Below are positions 12,873-25,400 of a stretch of 64,000 nucleotides of DNA, piece by piece. How positions within the stretch are numbered: position 1 is the first letter of the stretch; every line of letters begins with the position of its first letter. This DNA is from Antedon mediterranea (lineage: Eukaryota > Animalia > Echinodermata): positions 14,216,871 through 14,280,870 of the forward strand of contig NC_092676.1 in the NCBI RefSeq assembly GCF_964355755.1. Direction: 5' to 3'. The notes below the pieces were generated by a model, which was not told the origin of the DNA, did not search any database, and saw nothing but the letters and a program-made list of their open reading frames with translations. The position numbers and the translations under genes were made by a program.

Positions 12873-13450
12873 TACAGTTTAAAAACGTTGTGTTTCCCAA
12901 TGATATATCAATAAATAAATTCTCTGAACTGATACGTATAAGATGTTCACATTATCCACTTTCGGCTACAAATAATAACGTTGAGTTGAGGGAATTTTAA
13001 TAACAATTTGTAACGCCTCGTAATCGTTTCAATAGCAAAATGGCGGAATTACAAATGATAACTACGCATGCTCAAAACCCTAAGCTATTTTCTATACTAC
13101 GGTGGTTTGGAAGTAACACCGATTCTATTTGATAAATTTGTTAATGTTTTAAAATAGTTAAACACGTTTCTTCTCATATTATTTCAACTAAGTTATTTGA
13201 AATCTTGATTTATACATTTCGTAATAATATAATGATTAAATAACAAAGCAAAGTGTTACGATGTATTATTCTTGCCTTGACAATTTGTTTCTCTAAGCAA
13301 CGAATGGAATCGTCTTGCTACTACACAGTGTGTACTGTGTAGCCAAGACGGCGCGCGACATCATCCATCCATATCCCATGTGCATCATGCGACCCAGCCC
13401 CCAACGATCTGATCTTCCCCCTCGACGGCCGCGCGCGATCGATCATCCAT
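12873..13450. promoter_or_regulatory. Putative bidirectional promoter shared by SPT5 and the ZC3H4/6-like gene
   Basis: Short gap between divergent first exons; YY1-like CAAAATGGCGG (13036-13046), NRF1-like GCATGCTC, CpG-rich patch 13340-13440. Confidence 0.6.
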
Positions 13451-13544
13451 ACAACAAGGATAACTACCTGTTTAAGTTCTAGAAATCAGCGAGAATTTTT
13501 CTTTGTTTGACTGTTAAGGATTTCAATGCTATAAATCCATAATT
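13330..13544 (+). other. Probable non-coding first exon (5' UTR) of SPT5; start approximate
   Basis: CpG-rich patch followed by a GTAAGT donor at 13545; the ATG exon at 19331 is preceded by an acceptor, so an upstream UTR exon is needed. Confidence 0.55.
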
Positions 13545-13817
13545 GTAAGTAATTACTGGTTAAAATGTTTGATTGGTTTTGTATAATACGGCATGTTAAT
13601 TTGCAATCAAGAAGCTTCACTCCGATCCTGGCTGGCTGGCCTGTGTATGTTGTGATTAGAGGTACCCTAGCCTGCCTAGCCTATACTTTTAGATAGTAGG
13701 CCTAGGCCTAGGCTAGCTATAAAAAAATCTGATCTTTCAGAAAAACTACCTTCACATATCCCACACCTTACCTGCCTGGTCTCCTTGGGCCAAACCAAGG
13801 GGTGTTTTTTAATTAAT

Positions 13818-14090
13818 TCTAGAGCACATACTATGATTACATTACATTACATATAGGCTAGGCCTACATATTTCTCACATTTTATCTGAAAACGTGACAT
13901 GTAAAATTGTGTGAATTTCTTTTGAAAAATGAAATTTCATCAAAATTGGTATCTAGAGCACATACTATGATTACATTAAATATAGCCTACTAGGCTAGGC
14001 CTACATATTTCTCACATTTTATCTGAAAACGTGACATGTAAAATTGTGTGAATTTCTTTTGAAAAATGAAATTTCATCAAAATTGGTATC
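13818..14090. repeat. Recent tandem duplication of about 135 bp in SPT5 intron 1
   Basis: TCTAGAGCACATACTATGATTACATT...CATCAAAATTGGTATC present twice, nearly identical. Confidence 0.9.
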
Positions 14091-14890
14091 GATTGAAAGG
14101 TTCAACATTCATCTAATTTCTAAATTAACCGATTCACCATGATTGTAAGTTCTTAAAGCGCTCATGAGGTTAAAATTCAAGGTCATTGTAAACAAATTGT
14201 CAACAAATAAAAAGTAAATTGAATTTACATGCGCAGTTTGATGTGCATGAATCGTGACAACAAATTATACAAAATACTCACAACTTTTTTTTTTTAAATA
14301 TGCTTCTAAATATATAAAAACAATATATATAACAAAATATAACCGTTTTCGAAGCACGCTGTTCGAAACTCGACGGGAACGTTGAATGAATCTAGGCCTA
14401 AACAAACAACGCAAAATCGTCTAAAATCCATCTTTATTTGTAATATTCACTATTTTGAAGCTTGTAATGTATACAATAAATGTATAATAAAGATTATATA
14501 TCAGTTACAGTGTCTAAATCGTCATATTTCCATGTAAAAAAAACGGAGAAAAGTCGTGGCCGTGTCCTCACGAGGGCCGTGCCATATTGTTTATCTTTGA
14601 TTGTAATATGAACCCTGACATGTCAGATGCATTATGGGAATGAAATATTTGTTCAAACTTTGCGCAATAGGTCAGTTTGTTGTTAATCATAACTTTTGAC
14701 AAACATTTTGATACCAAACTTGTTTTGGTTTCATAAGTTTCCGAAGCATTTTTGTCTAATTTTCTGCAAGCTACACATCTAAAAGATTTTTACTGTATTT
14801 TTTTTCCGCCGTTGAGTAGATAAAAGTCATGCACAAAGAAAACGATTACGATTAGTTAGCCGTGGCATTCACCTTACCTTGCGAAGAGTA

Positions 14891-16818
14891 CAGTGTTCTC
14901 CCCAGGATTCAAATCAAGCGTCACGCTTGGTGCCGCCTCCCCCCCCCCCCCCCCGAGGGGGGAGGGGGCATTCCGATACTAAGTACTTGAGTCACAGCCC
15001 CACCATGGTTGGGGATGTGGCGAAGCGATTTTGGGTAATTTACACCCTAGATGGCCGGAAATGGTACTCTCGCACATAACATTTATGTAGAATGACACCT
15101 CTGGTTTGGCCGGAAATAACACTTATAGCGCGCTAGCAAACAACAAAACGATCGTAGCCAACTTTTTCCGCCGGTAAACATACGCGAAGAAACATTTTTT
15201 GCGTTCATTACGAACGTCAGGGGGAAGCCCCAAGGAAAAAAATAGGCCTAATCTATTAGCCTACTCATCAGTAGGACAACTCTAGTTGGCCGGAAACGAA
15301 ACTTTATAGCGCACTAGCAAACAGTAAAACCATCGTAGCATACTTTTTCCGCCAGTAAACATACGCGATAAAAAAATGTTTTTGCGTTCAATACGAACGT
15401 CAAGGGGAATTCCCCGATGAAATAAAACTAGGCCTACTCATGAGTAGGACAACTCTGTAGTTGGCCGGAAAGACACTTCATAGCGCGCTAGCAAACCGCA
15501 CGATCGTAGCCTGCTTTTTCCGCCGGTAAACATACGCGATAAGAAACATTTTTTGCGTTCATTACGAACGTCAAGGGGAATTCCCCGATGAAATAAAAAA
15601 TGCCTACTCATCAGTAGGACAACTCTGTAGTTGGCCGGAAAGGACACTTCATAGCGCGCTAGCAAACAGCCCGATTGAGCCTACTTTTCCGCAGGTAAAC
15701 ATACTGTACGCGATATATGAAAAAAAAAATATGCCTACTCATCAGTAGGCAACTGTAGTTAGCCGGAAACGACACCTCATAGCGCGTTAGCAAACATTAA
15801 AACGATCGTAGCCTACTTTTTTTTTTCGCCGGCGGGTAAACATATGCGATAAAAAAACATTTTTTGCGTTCAAATACAAACATCGGCGGCAAGTCCCGAT
15901 GAAATAAAACTATAGGCCTACTCATTAGTAAGACACCTCTAGTTGCCCGGAAATAAGACTTCATAGCGCACTAGGAAATAGGAAAACATTCGAAAGAGAG
16001 ACATGGCAGTAACAAAACACGTGCTTACACTCTTGGCGGCGGCCGGTGAAAGCACCATGTGACATACAGTATCGCAGTACTGATATCACAATACCATGTG
16101 ACATCCCTTGTCACTCGACTTTCTCACGAAGTAGGGCCTAAAACATTCTAGCACCGATGTACAAATGTACCTTAAGTTAAGTGAAATAAGACTTTAGCGC
16201 ACTAGCAAATAGGAAAACGATCGTAGCCTTCTTGAATGTATTATACGATCAAAGCAGCTAGCATTGAATTGCGCCTAGAAATCATTTGATGACGTGCGTA
16301 TGTTACCGACGAAAGAGTAAATCCCACCGATAGAGTCGATTAATTCAGTGTGATATTGAAAATAATAATATCATCGATATTTATTTTTAATACACATAAC
16401 ATTTTTACAAGAAAAACAATACAATCAATCATTTACTTTATTTACAATATACAAGTTACTACATTTTAGACAACAGCCAAATACTAGAGATCGAAAGAGA
16501 GACATGGCAGTAACAAAACACGTGTTTACATCTCTCGGCGGCGGCCGGTGAAAGCGAGTCTCAGTTGTTTAACACTTTGTTATGCAGTCTTTTGTTTTTC
16601 GTCTAGTGGTCATGTCACGTGTCTCGTGTGCATTAGGCTCTTTATGCATGCCGCAGAGAAAGTACCGTACCTCCTGCCTGTTAATCTATTTTTAGATTGT
16701 TGTTATTTTTAAGCGTCACGGATAAGGTTTTAAGCGTCACGGCCGACCGTAAAGCGTCACGGTAGAGAACCCAAGCGTCACGGTACCGTGACGCTTCAAA
16801 GGCCTGGGGAGAACACTG
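14891..16818. mobile_element. Non-autonomous hAT-like element carrying an internal ~175-bp tandem array
   Basis: 16-bp perfect TIR CAGTGTTCTCCCCAGG; flanks AGAGTA/TGAGTA; subterminal AAGCGTCACG repeats. Confidence 0.85.
15040..16000. repeat. Diverged minisatellite, about 5-6 units of about 130-185 bp
   Basis: Recurring CTAGTTGGCCGGAAA..CACTTCATAGCGCGCTAGCAAAC..CGATCGTAGCC..CCGCCGGTAAACATACGCGA. Confidence 0.9.
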
Positions 16819-19330
16819 TGAGTAATATACAGATAATTATTAATTATTGATTCCTTTGCAATAATATATTCACTTAGGCCTAGGTCGTTTATATTAACTT
16901 TAGAATCTGTAAGCCTACATTAATAATAATAAAATTATTATTGGGTAGGCCGAATAAATAATAATCCATCTTTTTCGAGGAGCCGAGTCACCGACTGCTC
17001 AGCGCGCAGCGCGTACCAGGTTACTACCGTGAGTATTAACCAATCATAAATGGTCTTTCAGCACATCTAGGGAGGGCTAATAACAAATGAGGATGCTATG
17101 TATGCATAGTTTAAATAGTTTAATTGATTAATTTCTTCAAGCAAGTTGCATGGTGCAGCGGGTGAAACGTTGCATCGTGATGATGGACAAACCATCGCAA
17201 GTTTAAATCTCAGTAGATGACTTTTGTTTATTTATCGCCAAACGTGAGTGTTGCCACACAAAAATTACACAGTCAATATCATCATACTCAAGAATTTGCT
17301 GGATTTTATGTGTTTAATGACATGGACACGACAATTAAGCGAAAATTACTCAGTCAATATCATCGTACTCAAGGATATACGATTTACTATCCTCGCAGCG
17401 GTAGTCATGTGATGCAGGTTCAACCAATCGCGTTCATTCATGTACAGTATTTACTATGTAATGTGTATTTACTATGCTATGTAATATGAATCAATAATTA
17501 ATAAATATTTATTGTAGGGAGCTAATTTTGGTGTCAAATTGTTCGCAATATATACTGTATGTAGGTACAATCAATGATGGTACTTTTTCTTTCAGTTAAT
17601 CAAAAGAAACTTGCTGAAAATGAACTTTTGCAATTTAAATGATTATTATTAAGGATTATCCATTCAAAAGTTATGCCTGATCCAATTGAAGTTGCCAAAA
17701 AATAATAATGATATATATTTGGAACCATTTTTGAAGGGTTATAAACTTTTATACTAATAACTTTAAAGTTCTTATTTTTGCCAAACCCATAGATACCATA
17801 GAGTTGTACAAGACTATTTTTTTGGGGGGTCCTCAACAAAATTTTTTTTAGATACTGTAGCCCTCCATAATTGGTTTTCAGGGCTTTTTGCACTCGTTTT
17901 TTCCAAATGTCTTAAAAATGCCCCAAAAGTTCATGTCTTTATAATGATTCGTAACTTTTGAACCAGTGTATGAATTGACGTCCTTTTTTTTAAATTTTAG
18001 TAAGATTATTTATATTGATGGGTAGGTAGTTCTGAAATACAACATAAAATATTGTTAAAAAATGTTGTTAATGTTAACGATGTGCATTATAAACAGCAAG
18101 CTTTTTCCCAACACATTAAATCAAGTGGATTTAGTACGTCGCTGAGAATTACATCATCAGTCACGTGATTACAGAATACGCGTTTATCGATTTATGAATT
18201 TAACAAAATCAAATTTTAGCCTACACAGTGGTCGAAGCGCGTTTTTAATAGGTTCGTAAATAGTAAAACCCCCATACTTAATGGACTCTACCAATTTTGT
18301 TTACAATGATCTCGTGCTCGAGAAGAACGTCTCCTCGGCACACCACGAGGTGCTGTTGTGCGATGGGTTTTCTTATGCCTATTGTTTACCTGTGGAATAA
18401 TTACACACACTTTTCGCATAACAACCGTAATTACTGATTACACAGCAATGAGCAAAGGATTCATCAAGGAAGAATACGTTGAATAAAAATTCACTTAAGA
18501 AATGCTGTAAGCTGTTTTCAAACTATTAATCAGCCCACTATTATTGAGACCACCATCTTGCTTCTCGCGATAGGGAATTTCCTGGATAGATGAGTCGCGA
18601 GTGAGAGACGGCGGACCATGGCCGATGAGTGAGGCGGTGGTAGCTTGGACGGATTAGTTAGGCAATTAAATTGAATGTTTTAATTACGTCTGGATATAAA
18701 GAATATAAAACTCATTTTTGTCATCGGCAATAATATTTTATACATAGCCAATTTTGTTCTGCTTCAAATTTAAAAGTTTGACGTTTCCACCTAAAAAATA
18801 AGTGGGCCGAAACGTCTCAGGACGAATCGTCCATAGGCTGAAACGCCCTTGATTTGGCTAGCATGAAAGCATGTCTTGATCTTAGTTTTTTTAATTTTGC
18901 TAAAAAGGTGTTAGCATTTGACTGTCAAGTGAAAAAGGTGTACTACTACTAGCTTGACCTAGCTAGCTAGGCCTACACCTAAAAACTAAACCTAACAATT
19001 TAGATTTTTATATAATTTAACTATTTTATTGAAAAAAATTGTGATTTGCTAGTTATGCTGCTGATTTTGCTAGTTAATTTTTTTACAACTAGCAAAGTTT
19101 GCTAGTCAAAAAAAAAGTAAATTTCGAGCCCTGTATATCTTAATATGTTATTTTAAACAGTGTACTGATACAATACAGTAGGTGGGGTAGATTTTCCTGT
19201 GCACAAAAAAAACCAGAAATCTTGCAATTGTGTACATCCTAAACTATGCATACAATACCAGTAAAGTTGTCCTGTAACTTAAAACACCCAAACTTTCACC
19301 TTTATTTTACAGTACCTTTAGGAGTCAAGT

Positions 19331-19405
19331 ATGTCAGACAGTGAAGGTAGTGCATTCTCAGATGTTGAAGGTGACCAAAGTGCGCCAGAGGAAGAACAAT
19401 TAGAG
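19331..19405 (+). CDS. SUPT5H: SPT5 coding exon 1 ([25 protein letters not shown])
   Basis: ATG at 19331 shortly after a tttacAG acceptor; MSDSE start typical of SPT5; GTTTGT donor, phase 0. Confidence 0.88.
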
Positions 19406-22400
19406 GTTTGTCAACTTACTAGTAATTTTGGGCATTTTGTGTTTTTTTAACATGCTGAATCTGAAATATATTACATGTATATTATCCAATCTGCAGACAG
19501 TACTTTTTGATCTTTTTACTTGGAGAAATTTTATTTCGCCAAGTTTAGTACTTACAGTATTTTGTTTGTTAGCAAATAGTTAACTGGGCTCGCACTGGCC
19601 GATCGCCAAGTCGCGAAAAATAAAACGGCTACTTTAGCCATTTTGGCAATGACATGATAAAATAGATATATCAAATAATCATTTTGGCGAAAGCATAAAG
19701 TCCAACTAAAAGGTCCATTTGTCGATCTTCAAGCATTTATTTTGTTCGTTATAATGTGTTGTTTACTTCAAGCTCCATTTTCGTCAACTTGTTTCGTTGT
19801 ACCAGGCGTCTCTTTGTTATTTCAATATAATGGAGGTATACTGCACAGAGAGACAGACATTACACGACACATGGATGATGGAGTCTACCCAAACTGTCAC
19901 GTGTTGCGCTGCACAAACGATCGACAGCCGACGGTCGGCTATTTACCGGGATTGTCTATTTTTCGATAGGGGTGTACTTTTCAGATTCAAAACAAACATA
20001 GTATCTTCAATGAATGATCTTATCGAAATCAATATTTATGCGTTATGCATTTTAGGCTCCAATAATGTAGTTTCATATTTTACCCTTAATAAAGTTTCCT
20101 CATGCGTGCAGTGCGTCAGTAGAGTAAACAAAATAACATTTTGGGAAATGGTAGAATCTAACAGGGATTTAGCTAAACAAACACGTGCATTTATTGCGGA
20201 CTATATAAACAGCAAGGCCGGCCGCCGGCTTCTGTGTTGTTGGGTAATAAATAAATAATCGTAGCCGGGATGGTATAAATTTCTCCCCGACAGAAACGCT
20301 TTTTCCCTGTGCTTTGGCCTATATTATCTGCACGTTCAACAACGATACGAGTGTTCGTTTGGTAGAAATATTTTCAGCATATACGACGTACATAATTTTG
20401 TAGGCCTAGGCCTGCGCTAACTGCACTTTCGCACCTCTTGAGCATAGGGCCTACCCAATTTAAAAACATTCACCCGCTGCGCGGCGGTGACGGTGGGTGA
20501 CCGTGAAAGTCTTAGGGACACGATTTTCGCGTGGTACGGAAGCCACCAGCCAAGCGTAAAAAAACAAAAATAACATTAGGTATCCCAATGAAAAAAAATT
20601 CAGATTAATTTTTTTACTTTTTCTTTCAGTTAACCATAAAGAACTTAATGTAATGTAAATTTTGCAATTTAAATGATTGAAATCCGATTACCCGTTCTAA
20701 ATTTATGGTTATTTAAAGTGGTAAAAAAATATACGATTTTTTGCCTAAAAATGGTGTTTTTTGCAGTTGAAATTGGAAGCATTTTTAAAAGGTTATAACT
20801 TTTACAATAATTAGTTAAAAGTTTTGAATTTTGTTAAACCTATAGATATCACAGAGTTGTACAACTCTATTTTTTTTGGAGCCTCAACGAAACCTATTTT
20901 TTAAATTATTGGTCCGCAAAGTGGTAGGAAAGCATTTAGCGCCCATTTTTGCTGGAATTCCCTAAAAAAATGAAAAAACTGCAATTTTTCAATGATCTGT
21001 AACTTTTGAACTACTGTACTAATTCATTTAATTTTTTTTGTACTTGTTAGAATGTAGTGTATATTTCATTAATAAATATATTTTAGATGTGTATATGAAA
21101 AAAAAAAAAGGTTAATGGTAAAATTTAAAATTATAAAAAAAAAAAATGAAAAAGTATGTTAAAAACTGTGTGTACTGTTTCTTTTCTTTTACACTAATTT
21201 TCGGTAAGTATAATTATTAGAATATTTTAATATACTTTATATTTATAATTTCAATCATAAATACTATTATATCAGGGCTGAAAATTAACCTTTAAACCAT
21301 AGTGGCCAGCAGGGCCAGTTGAAGTTGAAGGATGGTCGCCCTTATTAAAAATGGCTGGCCCTTATTAATTTTTTGTACATTTTTTTTTTGCCCAAGGGGG
21401 GGCGGGGAATTTATCCCCACCCCTCCCAATTATATCATTTATTACTTTTGATAATTAAATTACTCTCCCCAAAATTCCTCCCTCCCCCACACCCCTCCCA
21501 CACCCACATTCACACACAATATTTTCCGTGGTGGGGATCGTCATTGAAAAAAATCAATCCAATTTTTTGTATGGCCTGGGTAGGCCTAGATTGGCTTTCA
21601 GGAGCCTGCCTGGAGAATCCTGACCAACATGTCTTTAGCCTAGCTAGGCCTAGCTTTTCTAGCCTAGCTTGTTGGCCGCCCTAGAAATCAGACAAAAAAC
21701 TACCTGTATTTCATAAATTATACAATTCTAACATGCAATAGCCATTAAAATATTGATAATAAGTTACAAAGTATCATTTTAAAATAATTAAGAAAGATAT
21801 TTAATCGTGTTTACATGTGTCACACATGCGCGCACGCACAATTTGGGGAGAGAGCTACCTTCTAGAAGATGATGACGTCACACGTCAGCACGTGTTTTGA
21901 GGAGGATTTGAGTGACCAAAATTGGTTGGAACTTTTGAAGAAATAATCCATCGATGACATAGCAACTAAGCTTTTTAAATAATAAACATTATATTTAGGC
22001 CTCCTATTAATGTTTCCTTTTAAAATTAAATATATTTTATAAACTTGTTCCATAAAAACATGCAGTAAGCATAAAAGGAACAATTATTGGTTGCTGTAAA
22101 GGAGGTATTTCTATGACACCGTACTGGATGCACTATTATGAGGCGATGAAGTAAACTCGTCCTTGAATGCAGGCAGGGGAATCCCCTTGTTTGGTACCTA
22201 ACCTCGTACTGTGAGATGGAGCGCAATTAATTGCTTTCCTTGAAGGTTGTTGATCGCGCTTGCGATCCTTAAAAACGAGGGACTGCTTGTAGCTTATAAC
22301 TTAGCTTATATATTATTAGCCTAGGCCTAGATTAGTTATAAAAGGTAGGTGGATGCAGATTCTGGAAGTCGCCAGACGGGTCGACCATCACACAATTAAT

Positions 22401-25400
22401 ACTCGCCCTTACCAAATAAAGGTCGCCATTGGCGACCGGGCGACCGTTAATTTTCAGCCCTGTTATATATATAACTTTTGAATACGTAAAACAAGATTTT
22501 AGGCCCGTATGATTATGACACCAAATCTAAGCCGGGCTGCTAAGTAAGATATGCTCTTTTAAGGCAAACGCACAATGTGTCAAAATAAACTCATTTAAAA
22601 TAATCAATTTTAATCAAAACAATTAATTGTTTACCTGAATAGTATATATAACATTATAAAAATTGTTTTCTTTTCGTATTATTACGTTATTAAATTGAAA
22701 TACGGAGCTAAAGTTTAGGCCAAGTCACGGCTTACTCGCGATCAGTAGTCGCTCCCGTTAAAGTATTTGGGTCGCAGTTAATGACTTTCGACCGCCGTAT
22801 ACAGAGTCAAATGTAACGTTGGTAAATTAGCTTAATAAATGTCTTCAGTACATTTTAACCTAACGCATTTGCATTGTATACTTGCATAATAAATCTTCCG
22901 CACATTACATCAATTTTAAGTTGTTAAATTAATGTATAAAACCAGATATTCTACGACGGAATAGGACATGTCAATCTCCAACATCGCTGCTGTCACACAT
23001 CTCGTGTCGAGCCGGCCAAAGTCGAGCGAGGAAAACAAAAACAACGTGTTCAAAATATGGAACGTACCATTCGCTGATAGGGTGCATTGATGTATTAAAC
23101 GGAAAACGTCACAACAAACTAGCGCGTACTTTACAGTACAATATTTTACTCACTACAATATTCACCGGATTATAATGGTTCAATCTTCGAAATTCTGAAC
23201 GGGATTTACGCCTCGTGCACCATTTTAAAATGTAGTTCGCACAATTACCATGCACAATACGTATGTAATCTATGTTTTATCGATTTCAATGTAGATTTAG
23301 CTATAATTTAATACCAAAATCCATAAAATTTTTCCATAAACGGTTATTCAAAATTGGTTTTTTTGTCACCAAATTTGATCTTTCGTTACGAAAAACCTAT
23401 TTATAGAAGACGATTTTCACATCAAATTAAAGCTCATTTAAAGCCTGATAACATACAACAAAAATTAATCCGCTAGCTTCAATGGTAATCGTGCGATCGT
23501 CTTTTGAAAACTGATGAGGATTTTCCGATGAGGTTTTCAACGCGCGATCGGCTCGACGGGATTTTAGAACCGTTTTAAAATCGCATTTTCTCGGCAACTA
23601 CTTCATTAATTTTAATTGTAAACACACTTATAAATAGATTAAAACAAGTACTTTCAAACAATATAAATTTTTAAAGTATTAATTAAGAGTGAACACGATT
23701 TATTTACCATCAAAGTCATACTACTTATTCGAATCTTTTTAATATTTCAAAAGTGATACCCCTCTGTACGCTTTCATTGGGATACCTAATAACATAGCGT
23801 TCAGGGGATTTCAGAAAACTGTAAAACTTATTAAATTGATAACTGTATGAATGCTGTATGATTAAAAACAATTTGAACAATTGTTTTGATCATATAAAAT
23901 ACAACAACAATTTTTTTTAATCATACAGTGGCATGGCTCTCACTCTCCCCAAATGCCTTACAAAAACGTTCAGGGAACAGTGTATAACTAAAATGTTAAT
24001 ATATATTTCAACAATTTTTAATTTTGGCTAATAACCGATTCATTTGGCTAAATAAAAAAATTGGACTTTAGCCATTTTGGCTATAGATAAACTGATTTGA
24101 CCAGGGCTGAAAATTAACCTTTAAACCAAGATGGCCAGCAGGGCCAGTTGGAATTAATTGATGGTGGCCCTTAGTAGAATTTACTGGCCCTGTTTTTCAA
24201 AAGTAATATTGCGCAATTCAGACTAAAAAATTCAAGAAAATAACACTCTACTAGACCATAGTAAATTAATTTGTAACTTTATTCCAATCTTTTCTATTTG
24301 TAAATTGTCATCAAAATCAATTATTATTATTATGGTGATGTCTGATGATAGACAGCTAGTAAATCCTCATGCAGTTTTCCTGAAGTTTGTGCTAGGCAAA
24401 CTCATCATCTTCAAAATCTGAACCTTCTTCATCATCAAATTCATCATCATCATCTGATGATGATGTTCATTATCTTATTGGTGGGCCAGTGAATGAAAAC
24501 ACTGTACAGTCTGTACAACAGTTTAAGTATATTGTTATTCAATTATTATTTAAGGTCCCTGAATATATCAATAAATTATTGTCTTTAATTGTTTATACCT
24601 AATACTGGCAATGCAACTCTGCCTGCAGTAGAGGTTGCTGCAGTCTTGTCTTGGATATTTGGTCGCCTTGTCCTACTACCCATTGAATTCCATAACTCTA
24701 TGGCTGGAATTGGGTTGAATGATTCAATATTATTACTGAACATTTTGATGGAGAGCAGATCATTTAGTCGCTTTTCGCTTAATGAGCTTCTAAGTTTGGT
24801 TTTCAGCAACTTCATTTGTGAAAATCCCCTCTCGACTTCTGCACTTGATGCAGGCAAAGTGAGCAGCAAGTCAACAACAGAAAGTAAATTCTGGTGGCAT
24901 TCCTGATACTTTCTGTTGACTGCTGCCCACGTCAATGTTGGGATATCCGCTGCTTCACTGTGTATGAAAAAAAAAATTATTATGTGACATAATAATTTTA
25001 ATGTCGGTTTGATTAAAGTTGTAATAAAGCATTCAGTAAATAATGATAGTTATTATTACTCACTTCTCATCATAGATTACACTTTTTAGTGACGTCCACT
25101 CGCTATCAACTTCATCTAATGATACTTTAGCTGTCTGTAGGATACTGCGATAGTGATCAGTAACTATTTTGAGTTCAGCATGACCAAATTCTAAATTAGC
25201 ACAATGAAACTTAGTTACTAAGATTTACTTTAAGTACACATTTTTAATAATAATCATTCTGAATCATGGTGGTTTTTAAGAAAACAACAGAAATTACCAT
25301 TTATTTCTGTAGTTGAATCAGAATGTGGCCATGAAGTAAACTTTACTATATGGCTAGCTTTGAAGATTCCTTGTGTCGGAAAACCTCTCCTGTAGAGCAG

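Noticed and set aside
14939-14970. C/G homopolymer tracts (also 7205, 33485, 39943) as functional G-quadruplexes
   Set aside because: Mostly inside repeats, homopolymer length is error-prone and nothing supports a function.
19742-20258. Similar ORFs here and at 41936-42253 suggesting a duplicated small gene
   Set aside because: Both lie in copies of the same non-autonomous TE; frames and ends are not conserved and there is no recognizable domain.
24589-24906. Plus-strand 105-aa ORF (likewise 26400-26645 and 61598-61843)
   Set aside because: Antisense to transposase coding sequence.
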